Below are positions 11,370 through 24,342 of a stretch of DNA of 64,000 nucleotides, one piece after another. Numbering within the stretch: position 1 is the first letter of the stretch; each line of letters begins with the position of its first letter. A program made the translations under genes and the position numbers. The stretch comes from Puccinia triticina. Its lineage: Eukaryota. The notes below the pieces were generated by a model. It did no database searches, was not told the origin of the DNA, and was given only the letters and a program-made list of their open reading frames with translations. Location: the NCBI GenBank assembly GCA_026914245.1, contig CP110439.1, positions 5,208,001 to 5,272,000 of the forward strand. Direction: 5' to 3'.

Positions 11370-11540
11370 GCAGCCCTAAAGGAGCAGTGTATGACTTCCT
11401 GTAATGTCTGGGAGCCTAAGCTCTCAATTCCCATACCCAAAGTTTTGATTATCAGTAAAAAGGATTTCTTTTCTTAAGCCTGCAGTTCATTCCTTTCATG
11501 TGCACTGGTTGTGGTTTTAGGAGGTGTCTTCTAAATGCCA
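11370..11540 (+). repeat. Dispersed degenerate repeat, homologous to ~27260-27445 (12208-12253 also matches 27208-27258)
   Basis: Shared ATGACTTCCTGT...CTCAATT...TAAGCCTG...CTTTCATGTG...AGGTGTCTT...CTAAATGCCA, and CAGATCACTTCTGGGAGGCCC...GGAAGTCACCCAGTC. Confidence 0.6.
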
Positions 11541-11688
11541 ATGGAAATTTATCCCCTGGATAATCTGGTAGCCTTGCAGTAGTTGCAGATATAGACCCAA
11601 AAAGTCTAGTCCCAGTTTGTTAGCATGGTATATAATATATTTCTGGTGTCATATTGAAAACACTGTAGAATTATGATTTACATATTTA

Positions 11689-12008
11689 CGGTGTTCAAAG
11701 TTGAAATTTCTGCATGCATAAATGTGTAAATCATAATTCATAAAAATTTGTTTGCAGGAGACTGCTCATTTAGGCTCCGGTTGGAGCCAATATAATTGCG
11801 TGATATAATCTGGAATTTTGTGACATCTGATCAAGTTTTGGCGGACCTGATCAGATGTCACATAGGATGTCAGGCAAAAAAACTCATATATTGCCCGGAT
11901 TATATTGGCTCCAAACGGGGCCTTAATCTTTGGTTCCCCAGCCAAAAATGTTTTGTGAATTCATGATTTATGAATTTATGCATGCATAAATTCCAACTTT
12001 GAACACCA
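11689..12008. mobile_element. Tc1/mariner-type MITE (TA TSD) containing a nested Harbinger MITE
   Basis: TA|CGGTGTTCAAAGTTG..TGCATGCATAAAT / ATTTATGCATGCA..CAACTTTGAACACCA|TA. Confidence 0.75.
11773..11922. mobile_element. PIF/Harbinger (Tourist-like) MITE, TSD TTA
   Basis: TTA|GGCTCCGGTTGGAGCCAATATAAT ... ATTATATTGGCTCCAAACGGGGCC|TTA. Confidence 0.8.
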
Positions 12009-12774
12009 TAATTGTACAACATCATTTTTTAGGCCACATAATCTTTTGCAAGTAAACTGTAACAGACCTAACCAGTTTACTTACAAAAGATCAGCCCCCA
12101 ATTTTTCTACACATTGTAATTGTAGTGTGTTTTTAATATTACACAATATTTATCAGATAACAAACAGGGCCCTAGATTTTTGCAGGGAAATCCAGCTTTC
12201 AGGACTCCAGATCACTTCTGGGAGGCCCTTCTGGACAGGAAGTCACCCAGTCTAAGTTATGGTGCTCACATAAATTGAGATGTGAACCTTGTGACCCTCT
12301 ACAGGGCGACATAGGGTGACATGCAAACAAATGATTGTGCATCCATGCATAAACTGCCTCATGCAAACCTTGGATATTGATGCCGTTCACGCTCGCTGCT
12401 TTGGTTATTCACAGGCCTGATGAGATTCAGAGGTCAGTGTGGCAGACCGGAAAGCCTTTGTTGCAGATCAGGGCTGGATGCAAGATGCTCGCGGGTGAGG
12501 CTGTGCCCTGTGGTGGAGCCCTGGGCTGTTCAACTCCAACGCGTCCCCTTTTTCACGCGAGCCGGTGGGTGTGGGTGAGGCTGTGAGCCCCCTGGACGAC
12601 TGGCGACGTCCGGAGGCGGTCGAGACCCACCCCAGCTCGAATCGGCTGGCTGCATGCGCCTTTCAAAGCCACCCCACAGCCACCCTTCTTCCTCTTCCTC
12701 CCCACACAATAAATAGCACGCACTCCAACAAGCGCTGGTCCAGGCACAACCAACTGCGATAGCCGCCCCCCTCC

Positions 12775-15700
12775 ATGATGGAAGTCTTGCCGTCCTTCGA
12801 AGAGTTCCAGGCGGGTCCGCCTCGCACAGACGCCGATGTCGAGAAGCTTGCCAAGAAGCAACTGGCCCCCTTCCCGGTCAGGCTGCCCATGTTCCCACCC
12901 GACACTGGCCGGCGGCGACCGCTGACCCGCTCCATGTCTTCTGCAGATACCCGAAGGATATCTCTCCCAACTGCGCGCCCACTTGAAAGAATTCCCCGAC
13001 GACTTCTGGTTCAGATTGACGCCGCATGCAGGCAATGGATGTGAGCCCAACTTGTCTCTCTGATTTTCACCGCGAATCCTGGCTCAACATCGCTCGATTG
13101 CGTGTTCCCAGTTGGCACGATCCGATGTCTCGAACCCGGCTGCTCATCACACCCCATCGCACTCAAACCACGAACTAAAAGAGCAGACGGCGGGCGTTCA
13201 GTCGGTGTCGGTGGACTCTCCGAATTCCAGCAGCACATCTTTGTTGGTCTTGATTCCTTTCATCGACACGCTCACAGCTCACTGATTACTTTGCGTGATT
13301 TTCCAGGACCATGATCATCACGAGAGCCTACGAGACTACCGTGTTTCGCAGTGGGTAAGAACTCCATTTTTGCAGCTGATCAGCCGTCCAAGCCCTCATC
13401 TAAAGTATGATCAATTGCTTTCATGTGGCCAGGCGGCACGTAAGTCTTCCTCGGCCCAACCTACTGTCCATTCCGCCATGCCGATCCGCCATACCAGCAA
13501 AGCCAGCGACAGCAAGCCCTCTCATCTGAGCTTGGACGATGATACCAAACCATCCCATCCTACCTCAACTTCCAGGAGTCAATCTGTAAGTCAGCCACCC
13601 CGTTTTTTCCCCTTGAAAAAATCACCTATTTCGAACATGTCTTTGAAACATCCTTTTCCCGCCGAGAAGACCTCATCAAAAAGAGGCCCAAGTTCACCAC
13701 CAGTGCGTTCGGCCGGATTACAACCTTGAAGCGGAGCGAGCTGCTGACTTTTGATCCCCCATTGGCCATGATAGATAAGTCCCCGACACGTCAAAAGGGC
13801 AAACGCGACCCCTGGGCGTTCCAGCACTGCCAACAAAACCAGCCGAGTCATCGATTTGGTCTCGTCGGACGACAACATGGGCCGGCCGCGGTCCTCGAGG
13901 ACGAGCAACCCCAGCCCATCCAAAGGCCCGTCCCGGATCGTGGATGTCGACACCTCGGATGGCGATTCGGATCTCAAAATCCTCAACGTCAAGAGCTTCG
14001 GCAAGCAGGGCACCCCAATCGAGATTGACGAAGCCAAGCCGACCAGTTTTCGGGCCAGCTCTCGGGCCATCGACGTCGACGAGCTCGCGAGTTCGTCGGA
14101 CGAGGACATCAAGTGGATGAAGACGCAAGGGCTTGTGCCCATGAAGAACCAGCCCCGCGCCTCGAGCGCCTCGACCAGTCGGCTGAGCGCCGCGATCCTG
14201 AACGACGCCACCCCGCGTGCGGGGCGCTCCTCGAGCAGCTTGGTGGACCGCAAGCCGGGCATGTCGCCGCATATTCCCGCGGACGACAAGCCGACTCCGC
14301 GCTCGAGGCTGGACGCGGCGATGGGAAACTCGGCCTACGAGCGGATGATCCGCCACTTGGCCGGCGAGCCCAGCCCCAGCGGATCCACCAAGCCCGACGT
14401 CAAGCCGCGTGCGCTGCCCACGGGCGTGCCCAACCTGTTTCCCTCCTTCCCGCAGCCGCAGGCCCCAGCGCCCTCGACCAGTGCTTCGGCGGCCTTCAAG
14501 CGCGAACAGACCGTCCACCCATTCGCGAGCTACGGCGGACAACAAGCGTTCGGCAGCCCGTTCCTGGCGGACCAGAAGCCTGTCCCGCAGGCCTCAACCA
14601 GTGCATCAGCGGGCTTCAAACGCGAGCCGACGGCGCCGGTCTTCGGCGCCTATGGGGGCCTGGCCTCGAGCAGCCCCTTCGCGGTGGACCGGCCACAGGA
14701 CCGGCGGGGGATCTTCGACACGACCGACGACAGCTCGTCGGAGGACGAGGACGAGCGGCGGCTCGACATGATGGCCTCTGCCAGCCAGCTCATCTTCCCC
14801 CAGCTCTTCGGATCCAACGCCATCCGCCCCGGCGAACGCATGCCCTACCTCCAGCCCGACTTCCGCCCCGAAGAAACTCACGAGTTCCTCAAACAGGCCG
14901 TCACCAACATGGACTTCACCAACAACGCCACCGTCGCCGAGGCCCGCCTCGAGCTCGGGCTCGTCGAGGGCGAGGAGCCCAGGCTCGACGGGCTCTCCGT
15001 CTTGCTCATGCCGTCAGTCTCTCCTCCTCTTGCCGTTTTTCTTTTCGCACAGCTTGGGCTCATGCGTGCAAGGGTATCGTCTGCTGCCACAGCCATCAAG
15101 TCATCGGCACGGCGTGGATGATCAAGCAGGAAAAATCTAAGAATATGGGCGGGATTCTGGGCGACGAGATGGGCCTTGGAAAGACTATTCAAATGTAAGC
15201 ATGCTCACTGTGCCTCAAAATGTCGCCCAACTGCTGTCATTCTCCAGTATGAAATGGCCATTGTTTTGGAGCAACGATACATAATGGGTCTCAGTCACTG
15301 TGCATGATGAACAGTGACTGGGTTTTGTTGAAGTAATCCAACTAACACCACCAGCTGCAGCATTTTTTTTCTTGCAGTCTGTCTCTCTTCTCTGACTATG
15401 CGCTAAATTGTATTTGATTTTTGTTTGGCTTCAGGATTGCCACGATGGTCAAGAATCGCTCAACGGATCCCAAAATCAAGGGCACACTTATCTTGGCCCC
15501 GTTGGCGCTTCTGACGCAATGGAAGGAAGAAATTGCGGAGCGATCGACGTGCGATCTGAGCGTGTTGATCTACCACTCGAGCGCGAAGGTTGCCGACCGC
15601 AAGAAGGTGTCGAATTATGATGTTGTGATCACGACTTTAGACACGCTCAGGGGGGATTGGTACGACGACGAGGTGGAGGAGGTGGACAGCACGAAGAAGC

Positions 15701-18166
15701 CGCGCGGGCTCTACAAGATCGAGTGGTACCGGGTGGTGATCGACGAGGCGCAGATCATCCGGAACCGCAAATCAAAGAAAAGTAGGGCGGTATGCGCGCT
15801 GAAGTCGATCTATCGCTGGTGCTTGACCGGCACGCCGATCTTCAACACGCTCTGGGACATTTACCCGTACCTACGTTTCCTGCGGATCCGGCCGTACAAC
15901 GACCACCATCGCTTCCGCGACCACATCACCGTCAATGAAAAGAAGAGGCCCAACCTCGCTACGTCCAGGGCCCAGGCCGTCCTGGGAACATGCATGCTCC
16001 GTCGCCAGAAAAACTCCAAGTTGGACGGCAAACCGCTCATCGTACTCCCCCCTAAACACGAGGAAGACGTCTGGCTCGACATGTCCCCCGACGAACGCGA
16101 GATTTACGAGATGCTCGAGAAACACGCCCAGCAGAAGTTCAACGTCTTCCTCAGAAGAGGTACCGTCCTCAAAGTGCGATTTTTGTCTCCCAATCTTCGA
16201 TTATCTCTTGGCGGTGTCTGACTTCTTCATTCTGGTTTAGAACTTCGCTTGTATCTTAGTCTTGCTCCTGCGATTGCGGCAAGCTTGCGGACATCCCGTA
16301 AGCCCGCCTTCTCTCCTTGATCCTCTTCTCTCTTTTTCCTCATCTCTCCCCCTTCTCTTCCACCTTTTTTTGGTTTTAGTCTCTTGCGATTGAAGAGGAC
16401 GACAGCCCGATCAACCCCGAGGACTCGGCCGACCCCGAGTACGCCGACCCAGACAGCGAGCTTAAGAGAGCCATCGGCGAACGCGGGCAAACTTGGGTCG
16501 ATAATGTCAAGAAGAAATTCCAAGAGGAGGCTGATGAGCTGGTCAAAGCCGAACAACAGGTTCGTGGAGCGGAGTTTCTCCCCTATCTGTCTCAGTCCCC
16601 GCTCACAATCTGTCTGCACCCGTTTGTAGAACCGCAGCGAAGCTGCTGTTCCCGAATGCCCCGTGAGTTGTCATTACTCTGTTACCTGCCGCCAATATAC
16701 ACCACATTGTCCTTTCTAATCTGTCCCTTTTAGATATGTAACGATGCATTGGATGACACCTCGCGGGTGACGCAATGCGGGCACGTGTTCTGTGAAGCGT
16801 GTCTGGACACACTGATGATGCAGCAACGGGGGCCGATGGAAGACGACTCGAACACGGACCCGAGCCGGATCCCGAAGCCCTGCCCGAACTGTCGGGCCCC
16901 CTTCCGCAGGATCGACACCTATCTCAAGAAGGCCTTCGTGCCCCCTGCCGACGTCATCGACGACGACGACAGCGATCTGCCCGACTCGGGAATCACCGTC
17001 CGCCATAAGATGCGCAACGGCATCCTCGACGACTCCGATGATGACGGCCCCTCCGAGAAAGGAAAGGAGAAAATCGCCCGCTCCGAATTCGTGCCCTCCA
17101 CCAAACTCGGTTCGTCCCCTGTCTCTCCCACACTGACCTCTGCTCTCTCTCTCTGATATACGCACACGTGTTTTTTGGGGGGTGATTCGCAGTCTGGCTC
17201 TTGGAACGAATCGAGGAGATTAAGAAAGAATGCCCGACAGACAAGATCATCGTCGTCAGCCAATGGACAAGCGTAAGTTCGGCCCCACCTTGTGCTGCGT
17301 CCCTCGAGATCGCAATTGACGTCCCTTCTGGCGTCCAGATGCTCCACATATGCGGGACGTTCCTTCGCGAGCGCGGGCTCCGTTATGTGTCGTATCAGGG
17401 AGACATGAACACCCTCGAACGTCCGTTCTCTCTTTTTTGCCGTTGTCTCTCTTTTACCCCGAGCATTCATGCCTGTTTGTTTGGACTATATAGGCAACAT
17501 GGCCGTCTCCAACTTCAAGAAAAAGCCCGAGTACTCCATCATGCTCATGTCGTTGAAGTGTGGCGGAGTCGGCCTCAACTTGACCTGTGCCAATCGTCAG
17601 TTCTCCCTTTTTTTGCCTTGGTGATTAGCGGGCCCTGGTGATTGATCTTATGGGTCGGGGTTTTCCAGGCGTCGTGTCGCTCGATCTTGCCTGGTCGCCA
17701 GCCAGCGAGAAGCAAGCTTTCGAGTAAGCAACCTTTCCTCCTCTCCGCCGCTTCGCCCGTCGGTCCCGCTGATTTTGTGTTGTTGTTCTCCACACAGTCG
17801 TGCCCATCGATTCGGCCAAGAAAAGCCGGTCTTCGTGAAGCGAGTGATGCTCACTAAAACCGTCGAGGAGCGCATCGTGGCCCTCCAGAAGGGCAAACAA
17901 GACATCACTGACAGCACGCTCGGCGAGGGCACCGGCAAAAGTCAGTCCTCTTCGGTGTTTTTTTTTTTTGGACACAGCTCGCTGATTTGCTTGTCTTTTC
18001 GCTTTTTTTTCTAGAGCTCAAGAGGATGACTGTCAGCGAATTGGCTGCTCTGTTCAACTTGAACACCCGCGTCAGTCCTTCTTTCCTGTCGCGATTCTCG
18101 AGTCATTTGCTCATCCTTTTTGGTGCTGTTTTTCGGTTGTGCTACCAGGGTGAAGTTTTGGATTAA
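12775..18166 (+). CDS. SNF2-family ATP-dependent translocase with RING finger (Rad5/Rad16 subfamily; Uls1/Rrp1/Rrp2-like), multi-exon
   Basis: GGILGDEMGLGKTIQ (motif I), TLILAPLALLTQWKEEI, WYRVVIDEAQII, RWCLTGTPIFN, MLRRQK, RING (TQCGHVFCEAC...PCPNCR), KIIVVSQWT, MSLKCGGVGLNLTCAN, RAHRFGQEKPV. Ends GEVLD* at 18166. The 5' exons and start codon are less certain. Confidence 0.88.
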
Positions 18167-19268
18167 AAGAAAAAAGGACTCCACAAAAGGAGCGTGGCTC
18201 CATCCATCAGGAAAATCTTACCTTCGAAGTATATCATCATAACAGTCTTACACCATCGTCAGAAACCAGATATCATCATCATTATCATCATTACCCAGGA
18301 AAACATGCAGACACCACTGCATCGCCGAGGCTTTTTTTTTTGGACGTGGGTGTATGATGCATGTTTCAGCACGGGCCTCCATGCATCCACACCCATCTCC
18401 TTTTTTTCCTTGTAGCGTTTTCCTAGGTTTTCCTGTTTCTTTCTGCTCTCATCACTTCGCCCTGCTTCCAAAAAAAAATTAAACGTATACACACACAAAA
18501 AAAATACAGAAAATATTTGCATGGTAGTTTTTTTTGCTCTTTCTTTCGTCTGTTGGGGACTATATCACATGAAACTTGTATTTATCTGGAGACTTTTGGC
18601 AGCGGAGGCCCGAGGATGGTCGCGTAATGATTCCAAGTGATTCTCTATTCCCTTGGTTACAACCATTAGCGGTCTTGGATCTTGTGTCGGTGTCTGGGTC
18701 GACCTACAAGGCTGAAGGGCAAGAAACACGCAAGAAAACCATCCCGTGATGGTTGACCCCCGAACGCAAGCAGGATCTGTGAGGGCTCAGTCAGCAACCA
18801 ATAATAACCACACCAGTGCACCAGCAACACCACCGCCACCACCAAGCATCATAGAATTCTTTCGAGTACGCTTTTTCCGCAACCCATGAACAGACGTCAT
18901 GGTGTGCACTCTTATGGACCGAGCTGGTTGATAATCCATAGCTTGAACAGAGGTGACGTCGGGGCCCCCAAACCGCTCAGGGGATGATGGATTGTCGGTT
19001 GATGAGGGGGAGCACTCGCCGTCGTACACACGCGATCGATCATCACCCAGCGCGGTCTACGGAGACTGCAATCTAAGCTGCACACTCTTGGCACCCCTTA
19101 TCTCGATAAAAGTTCGTGCCAGCTTTGCATGCTCGAAATAGGTTCGGCGTTCTTGATTCTGATCTGCAATCACGAGGCTTGTAGATAAAGGTCGCTCCCG
19201 CCTGTCTGATTGTCAATGACACGCTTGATATACAGGGCCCCGCGGGGTAGAGTCCACCGAGTTCCCTT

Positions 19269-19354
19269 GGCACTGTAGCTCAGTTGGTAGAGCACATGCT
19301 TAACATCTTGATTGTGTACGCATGTTGTCGTCGGTTCGAGCCCGGCCAGAGTCA
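19269..19354 (+). tRNA. tRNA-Val(AAC), 13-nt intron (19306-19318)
   Basis: Same cloverleaf as the 3204 copy, with canonical T-loop TTCGAGC and a poly-T terminator. Confidence 0.92.
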
Positions 19355-19724
19355 TCTTTTTTTGCTCCGCCCGGGAAGGTGCAAGAAGTAACCGAACCCG
19401 ACGCGGTAGCATCGTGTGAGGGTCTGCACTTTTTGCGTGTCAATCAATCAGTACCTCAGGACAGCGAATTGAGGGCTGCACGAAAGCACACGGTACGCTT
19501 TCCAAAGCGATGTCGCCAACGGAGGAGCCAAAACGGAGGGGCAGAGACGCTGGGGACGGTGACCGAGCGGCCGACGAGCTCGAGCGATTCGGATTCCGGA
19601 AGCTTTCCGCCGCCAACCCTTCTCCGTCTTCCTCCTTCCCCACTACCCTCTCCATCGTCGACCTTGCCAGCCTCAGACTACTTCCCGGTTACATCTGACA
19701 CATTCCCGGGCGGGGCAAAAAATA

Positions 19725-19810
19725 TGACTCTGGCCGGGCTCGAACCGACGACAACATGCGTACACAATCAAGATGTTAAGCATGTGCTCTACCAACTGAG
19801 CTACAGTGCC
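19725..19810 (-). tRNA. tRNA-Val(AAC), 13-nt intron; identical inverted copy of 19269-19354
   Basis: Exact reverse complement of 19269-19354 including the intron. The A-run just left of the gene is the terminator on the minus strand. Confidence 0.92.
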
Positions 19811-20010
19811 AAGCGAAATCGATGGAATCTGCGCTGCGGCGTCGTATATATCAAGCGTGTCATGAAGATTCACAACGGGAGCAACCTTTATCTACAAGCC
19901 TGTCCAGAACTCCAAAACTATTTTGGCCATACAAAGCGGGCATGCAGTTATTCTCAAGACAAGGGGAGCCAATAGTGGATATGTAGCACCTTGGTTTGCA
20001 GTACAAACTT

Positions 20011-20188
20011 ATGATGACTGGTCAGCCGGTCATCAAAGAGGATACAACCTCTCAAGCCTAGCAAGTCTGGTTACCTGTGCCTGGCACCCGTGTACCTCCC
20101 ATGGCGGGTGCCAAGTGCAGGTGCGGGTGTGAGGAATTTGTGAAAAAACAGGGGGGTACCTGCACCCAGGTGCCATATGCCATCTCTA
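20011..20188. mobile_element. Truncated hAT MITE end (related to 5777-6539)
   Basis: One GATGACTGG..CCGGTCATC unit, GG(T/C)ACC-type subterminal motifs, terminus GCCATCTCTA. Confidence 0.55.
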
Positions 20189-20699
20189 ATGGTTATGTTC
20201 TAAAGGAATTCTCACAAATTTCTCTGAACGCCAACCAATGGTCGGCGTACCAAAAGCTAGCCAGCTAAGGCTGGGGTATAGAGTATGAGGGACCTCCACA
20301 CCAAGGATGGCCCCCCAGATCATTCACCAAACAAGCCCAACTACATTTCTGTGTCAACATATACACCAATTGGGGCTATCCAACTGATACCCATTTCATT
20401 TTTCTTTTTCTTTGACTTCCTGAGCTACTCAACCCACTCCAGCCCGCAAGGCTCTTTTCCTTTTCTCTCCATCTGTCCTAGATAGGACCTTAGCTCTTTG
20501 AGTCCCTTGGAATCCAGTTGTATTTGCTCAACCAGCCCCTCCCAAAGGAGGTGTGGCTTTTCTTCTTGTTGTGAGAAAAACGGTTGGGTAGTGTGCAGAA
20601 ATGACCACTTCCAGCTACTTCAAGAATATATTTGTCTGGGCTGATTGATTATCAATTTCTTGGCTCTGCACTACTACTTTCTGCTAGCCTTCAGCGCTC

Positions 20700-21065
20700 T
20701 GCAATGAGCCTGATCTATAGCGTAATAATCCGCCAGTGCTCAAGCTCCGCACTCCACAAGCACAAGTACGCAATATCAATCAAACAAGTAAGCAATATAA
20801 GGGTCACTTAAAACTCTTCTAATACTGTATTCCGTCCGTAAGCTGTAAGTATAATAATGGGTAGTAAGTAAGATGATGAAAAAAAGGGAAGAGAAACCGT
20901 GCGCCTCTGTTCCCACCTGATCCTGAAATTTAATACTTTCCCACACTATTCCGTCATCTCTGCCTGATTCCCACACGTCACCCCGCGCGCCGCGAGGTTC
21001 CACAAGAGGAATCACAGAAACCCCATCCAGCCACGTGTATCTCTTAGCTCTCACTTCCCCCTCCT
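20700..21065 (-). mobile_element. LTR retrotransposon relic: polypurine tract plus 3' LTR
   Basis: The minus strand reads AGGAGGGGGAAG (PPT, 21054-21065) immediately followed by TGAGAG (LTR start at 21053). The distal LTR boundary is approximate. Confidence 0.45.
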
Positions 21066-23009
21066 AGCCGGTAGAGATCACCGCAACCATATCTCTCCCG
21101 GCCAGGTAAGCCGTCTTCTTCCTTTTCCTTTTCCTCTATTTGTCTCTTTCTCCCTCCAGCTTGTTCATGTACTTACAGAGAGATCACCGCGACCATATCT
21201 CTCCCGGCTAGATTGTCCCCCATCTGCAATATGCAGCCCCGTGAACTAGATCTTGTCTCGAGGTCCCCCCCCCTCTGTGCCCCACTCAACGGACAGTGAA
21301 GGACTCCCAACTGGAGTCCTTACACTGCTCCTCTCCAACACTTGACCTCCCACATCCTCTGCCTAGCCCCGCCAGTTGGTATCTCACCAGCACTTCTGCC
21401 CTGGCTCACCCTCTGGTGCGCCTCTGCTATTAGTCCCTGTGTTTGGTCAGCAGCAGTCCAGCCCTATCCGTCCTCTCCGGTCCGCCACCTGATCCAAATC
21501 CCACGGTCTGCAATATTCATAACATTTAATCCATGCACATGCGACTTTCCATAAGCTTTTCCTATTGTGCTTTCCTGACATCATCCTCAGTGCTTATGCC
21601 GCTGAATGCACTCTGAGATCAGCTGTTTGTGCATTCCACCTGCGCTATTGCCAAGTGCAAATTCTACCACACTTGCCAATATAAATCACCACATTGTGCT
21701 GTGTACAAGTTGAGCTCCGACTCAGCTGTTGTGACAGCTGTGAAAAGCTGTAAACCTTGATCATATCCAAGGTTTAGGTTCAGTGCGCGGCCACTCTAGA
21801 GACCCGCCCTGACATCACCATTCAGCAAAAGGGTTTTACAACCACTTTTGAGTCTTACACCACTTTTTGCCTAGAATAGTGGTAAAAGCGCAGAGAACCT
21901 CTGCTCCTTTGTGTGCTACACAGTCCAAATTTTAACCTGGAGCAACCACAAGTTGCGTAGAAGTGAAACAATTCACCACTTTTCAGCACTCAGCACTCTT
22001 GTCAGCTAATATTCACCACTTTTCAGCGCTCAGTGCTATTGTCAGCAAGGTTGACCGCTTTTCAGCAATTTTCTGCTGCAGGCCCCTGGAACAGCACACT
22101 GAAACATTGATTTTTTCCCCCTCAGATCAATCATCAAAACGTCCAGTGGCTCACCCGCTGCTAAAAGCTTAGCAAAGTGGGGCAAAAAATGCTGCGCTTT
22201 TGCTACACTTCTTGCTGTGTGCAGCAAAGCTGTTGCGGTGTTGCTAGGATCCAGAACCTCAGACCCAGACTTCCTCTCCACAGACCAGACTGATGGGTGC
22301 GTTGGAAGTGAAAGGAGGGACCCCAGCTACAGATCTTCTCAATGTTTTACTCCCATGAGGTTTGAGTTTATGAAAAAATGGACAGCCATTTGGCCCCCTT
22401 AATTGGTGTATAAAACAAGGGCACTCAGGAAATATGCATGGTGGTCTGCTCAAGATGGCCCTGGATTTTCCAAGCTGCCCTGGTTTGGTTTTTTATCCAG
22501 TATTATTTGTTGATTTCCATGCTCAAGGATTTCCTCTATAATAGCAACAACTGTGGATGTCAAGTGATTGTTAGTTTTTGGAAGGTATTGAGTTTCTGTA
22601 AGAAGGCACCAGCTCATTGCTACATCTGTCACTAAATGGATTGGAGTGGCATTCTACTCAAGAAATGTTAAAATAGTACTAAATAATTGGAATACAGACA
22701 AGAAAAAAGATTCAACAAGAAAGGGGAAGGAGAAAAACTCCACAAGAAAGTGAAGACTCAAGAGCAAGTAGTTTCCAAGGTATTAATTTAGTCTATGATT
22801 TTTTTCCAATCCATGCAATGCACTGCAGAAATTAAGTGCCAGGAGAAGATTGTCTGAGCAGTTTTTGGAAAGACATTGTTCAATGAGATCTGCAATTTGC
22901 TGGGTCCAGGCTGTTGAAATTGTTTGAAAAAATCTGTCCAACAACTGCTTGGACAATCTTGTCCCATTGGATAGCTGCTGCCATAGCATCTTCACACTTC
23001 TGTTTACCT

Positions 23010-23117
23010 ACCACTGGTGCCCAGGTACCCACCTGCGGGTGCATGTGCCTAAAATATGATTTTTTGGGCAGGACACACCCACACCCGCTGCAGGTACCCA
23101 GGGAATGGTCATCTCTA
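23010..23117. mobile_element. Truncated hAT MITE end
   Basis: GGTACCC subterminal motifs and terminus GGTCATCTCTA, as in the 5777-6539 family. Confidence 0.5.
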
Positions 23118-23951
23118 CAATATGTGTTATCAAATTTATTATCATCAATACCTGTCTTGGATTGGATTGGTTGAAGTGTTGGTCAGAGAGATACAATGGC
23201 CATTACACAGGAGTATCTTGCATGTCAACTGCTTGCAGACTCAGTGGTGTGAGTTGTTCTTGCAGTGAATTTAAAATCAGACTTGTCTCTAGACTCCACT
23301 GATTATAAGAAAAAATAATAAAGTACTCCACACTGCATACATTTGTATGAAGAACAGTAATGAGTTCCTATGCCCAACTCTGCCCTCAAAAGAACTGCTA
23401 CAAAATCTGAAACGAATGACCAAAGGCACCACAGCCATGGCAGAAACAAGAAGTAAGTGTAAAACCAGTCAAGGTTAAACAAAAACAAGAAAATCCACCC
23501 CCCCCCCCCCACACACACACAAATACTATAATATTTACTACATTAAGCCAAAGAAATTAGCCCTCCAGGATTAATATTAAACAATTCATTAATATATCAC
23601 CAGTATTCATGCCTGTGCTAAAGAAGGCCTTATTAAGGAAATTATTTGGCTGTTGATATATGGGTACCAAGACTGGATTTTTTTGAAGTATCTGACTATG
23701 TTTTGTTTGGCTTGGCTCCTCCAGCATGTTTGAAAGTGTTTCTGGACCAATCCTGTTTTTCTTGAGTACTGGTTTCTTCAGCCAGTGTTCCACTCAAATC
23801 TTGAATTGTGTAATGCTAGTGTCTAGGCACCTTTGGGCTTGCAATGTATTCCTCTTCATATTCATTTTTTACCAAACCAATATATTGCATGAATACAAAT
23901 CAACCATCCATTCACCAGTATCTTAATGGCACAATGACTAGTAAAATTCAA

Positions 23952-24339
23952 GTCCCCGCTTGGCACCAATATAATTATAGGTGATATAATCACTGATTAA
24001 TTCAATAAAAAATAGAAAATTCAACATAAAGCCTCCAAATTTTTTTTGTAGGCAGCCTACAGTGCTGGCCTCTTCAAATTTGAAATCAGATTCAACTGAT
24101 TCAGCCATCTTCAGCACCATAATACAACCATTATATCACTTTTGAGCAATATGAAGCAATATGATGGTATTATGGTGCTGAAGATGGCTGGATAAGTTAA
24201 TTCTGGGTTCACAGTTGAAGAGAACAGCACTGTAGGTTGCCTACAAAAAAAATTGGAGGCTTTATGTTGAAATTTGTATTTTTTATTGAATTAACCAATG
24301 ATTATATCACCTATATTTATATCAGTGCCAAACGGGGCC
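23952..24339. mobile_element. PIF/Harbinger-type foldback MITE (almost fully palindromic)
   Basis: GTCCCCGCTTGGCAC... / ...GTGCCAAACGGGGCC|TAA. About 175-bp inverted arms (e.g. CAGCCATCTTCAGCACCATAATAC / GTATTATGGTGCTGAAGATGGCTG). Confidence 0.8.
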
Positions 24340-24342
24340 TAA

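Noticed and set aside
13591..15198. Long overlapping and antisense ORFs (232, 275, 361 aa)
   Set aside because: Shadow frames of the GC-rich exon of the SNF2 gene. Only the 3' end of the 361-aa frame is a real exon.
19322..19975. 217-aa ORF
   Set aside because: It runs through both tRNA genes and the low-complexity spacer, with no domain signal.
21590..22260. CAGCGCT/CAGCACT-rich stretch as a defined transposon
   Set aside because: It looks like TE subterminal repeats, but I could not identify termini or a TSD.
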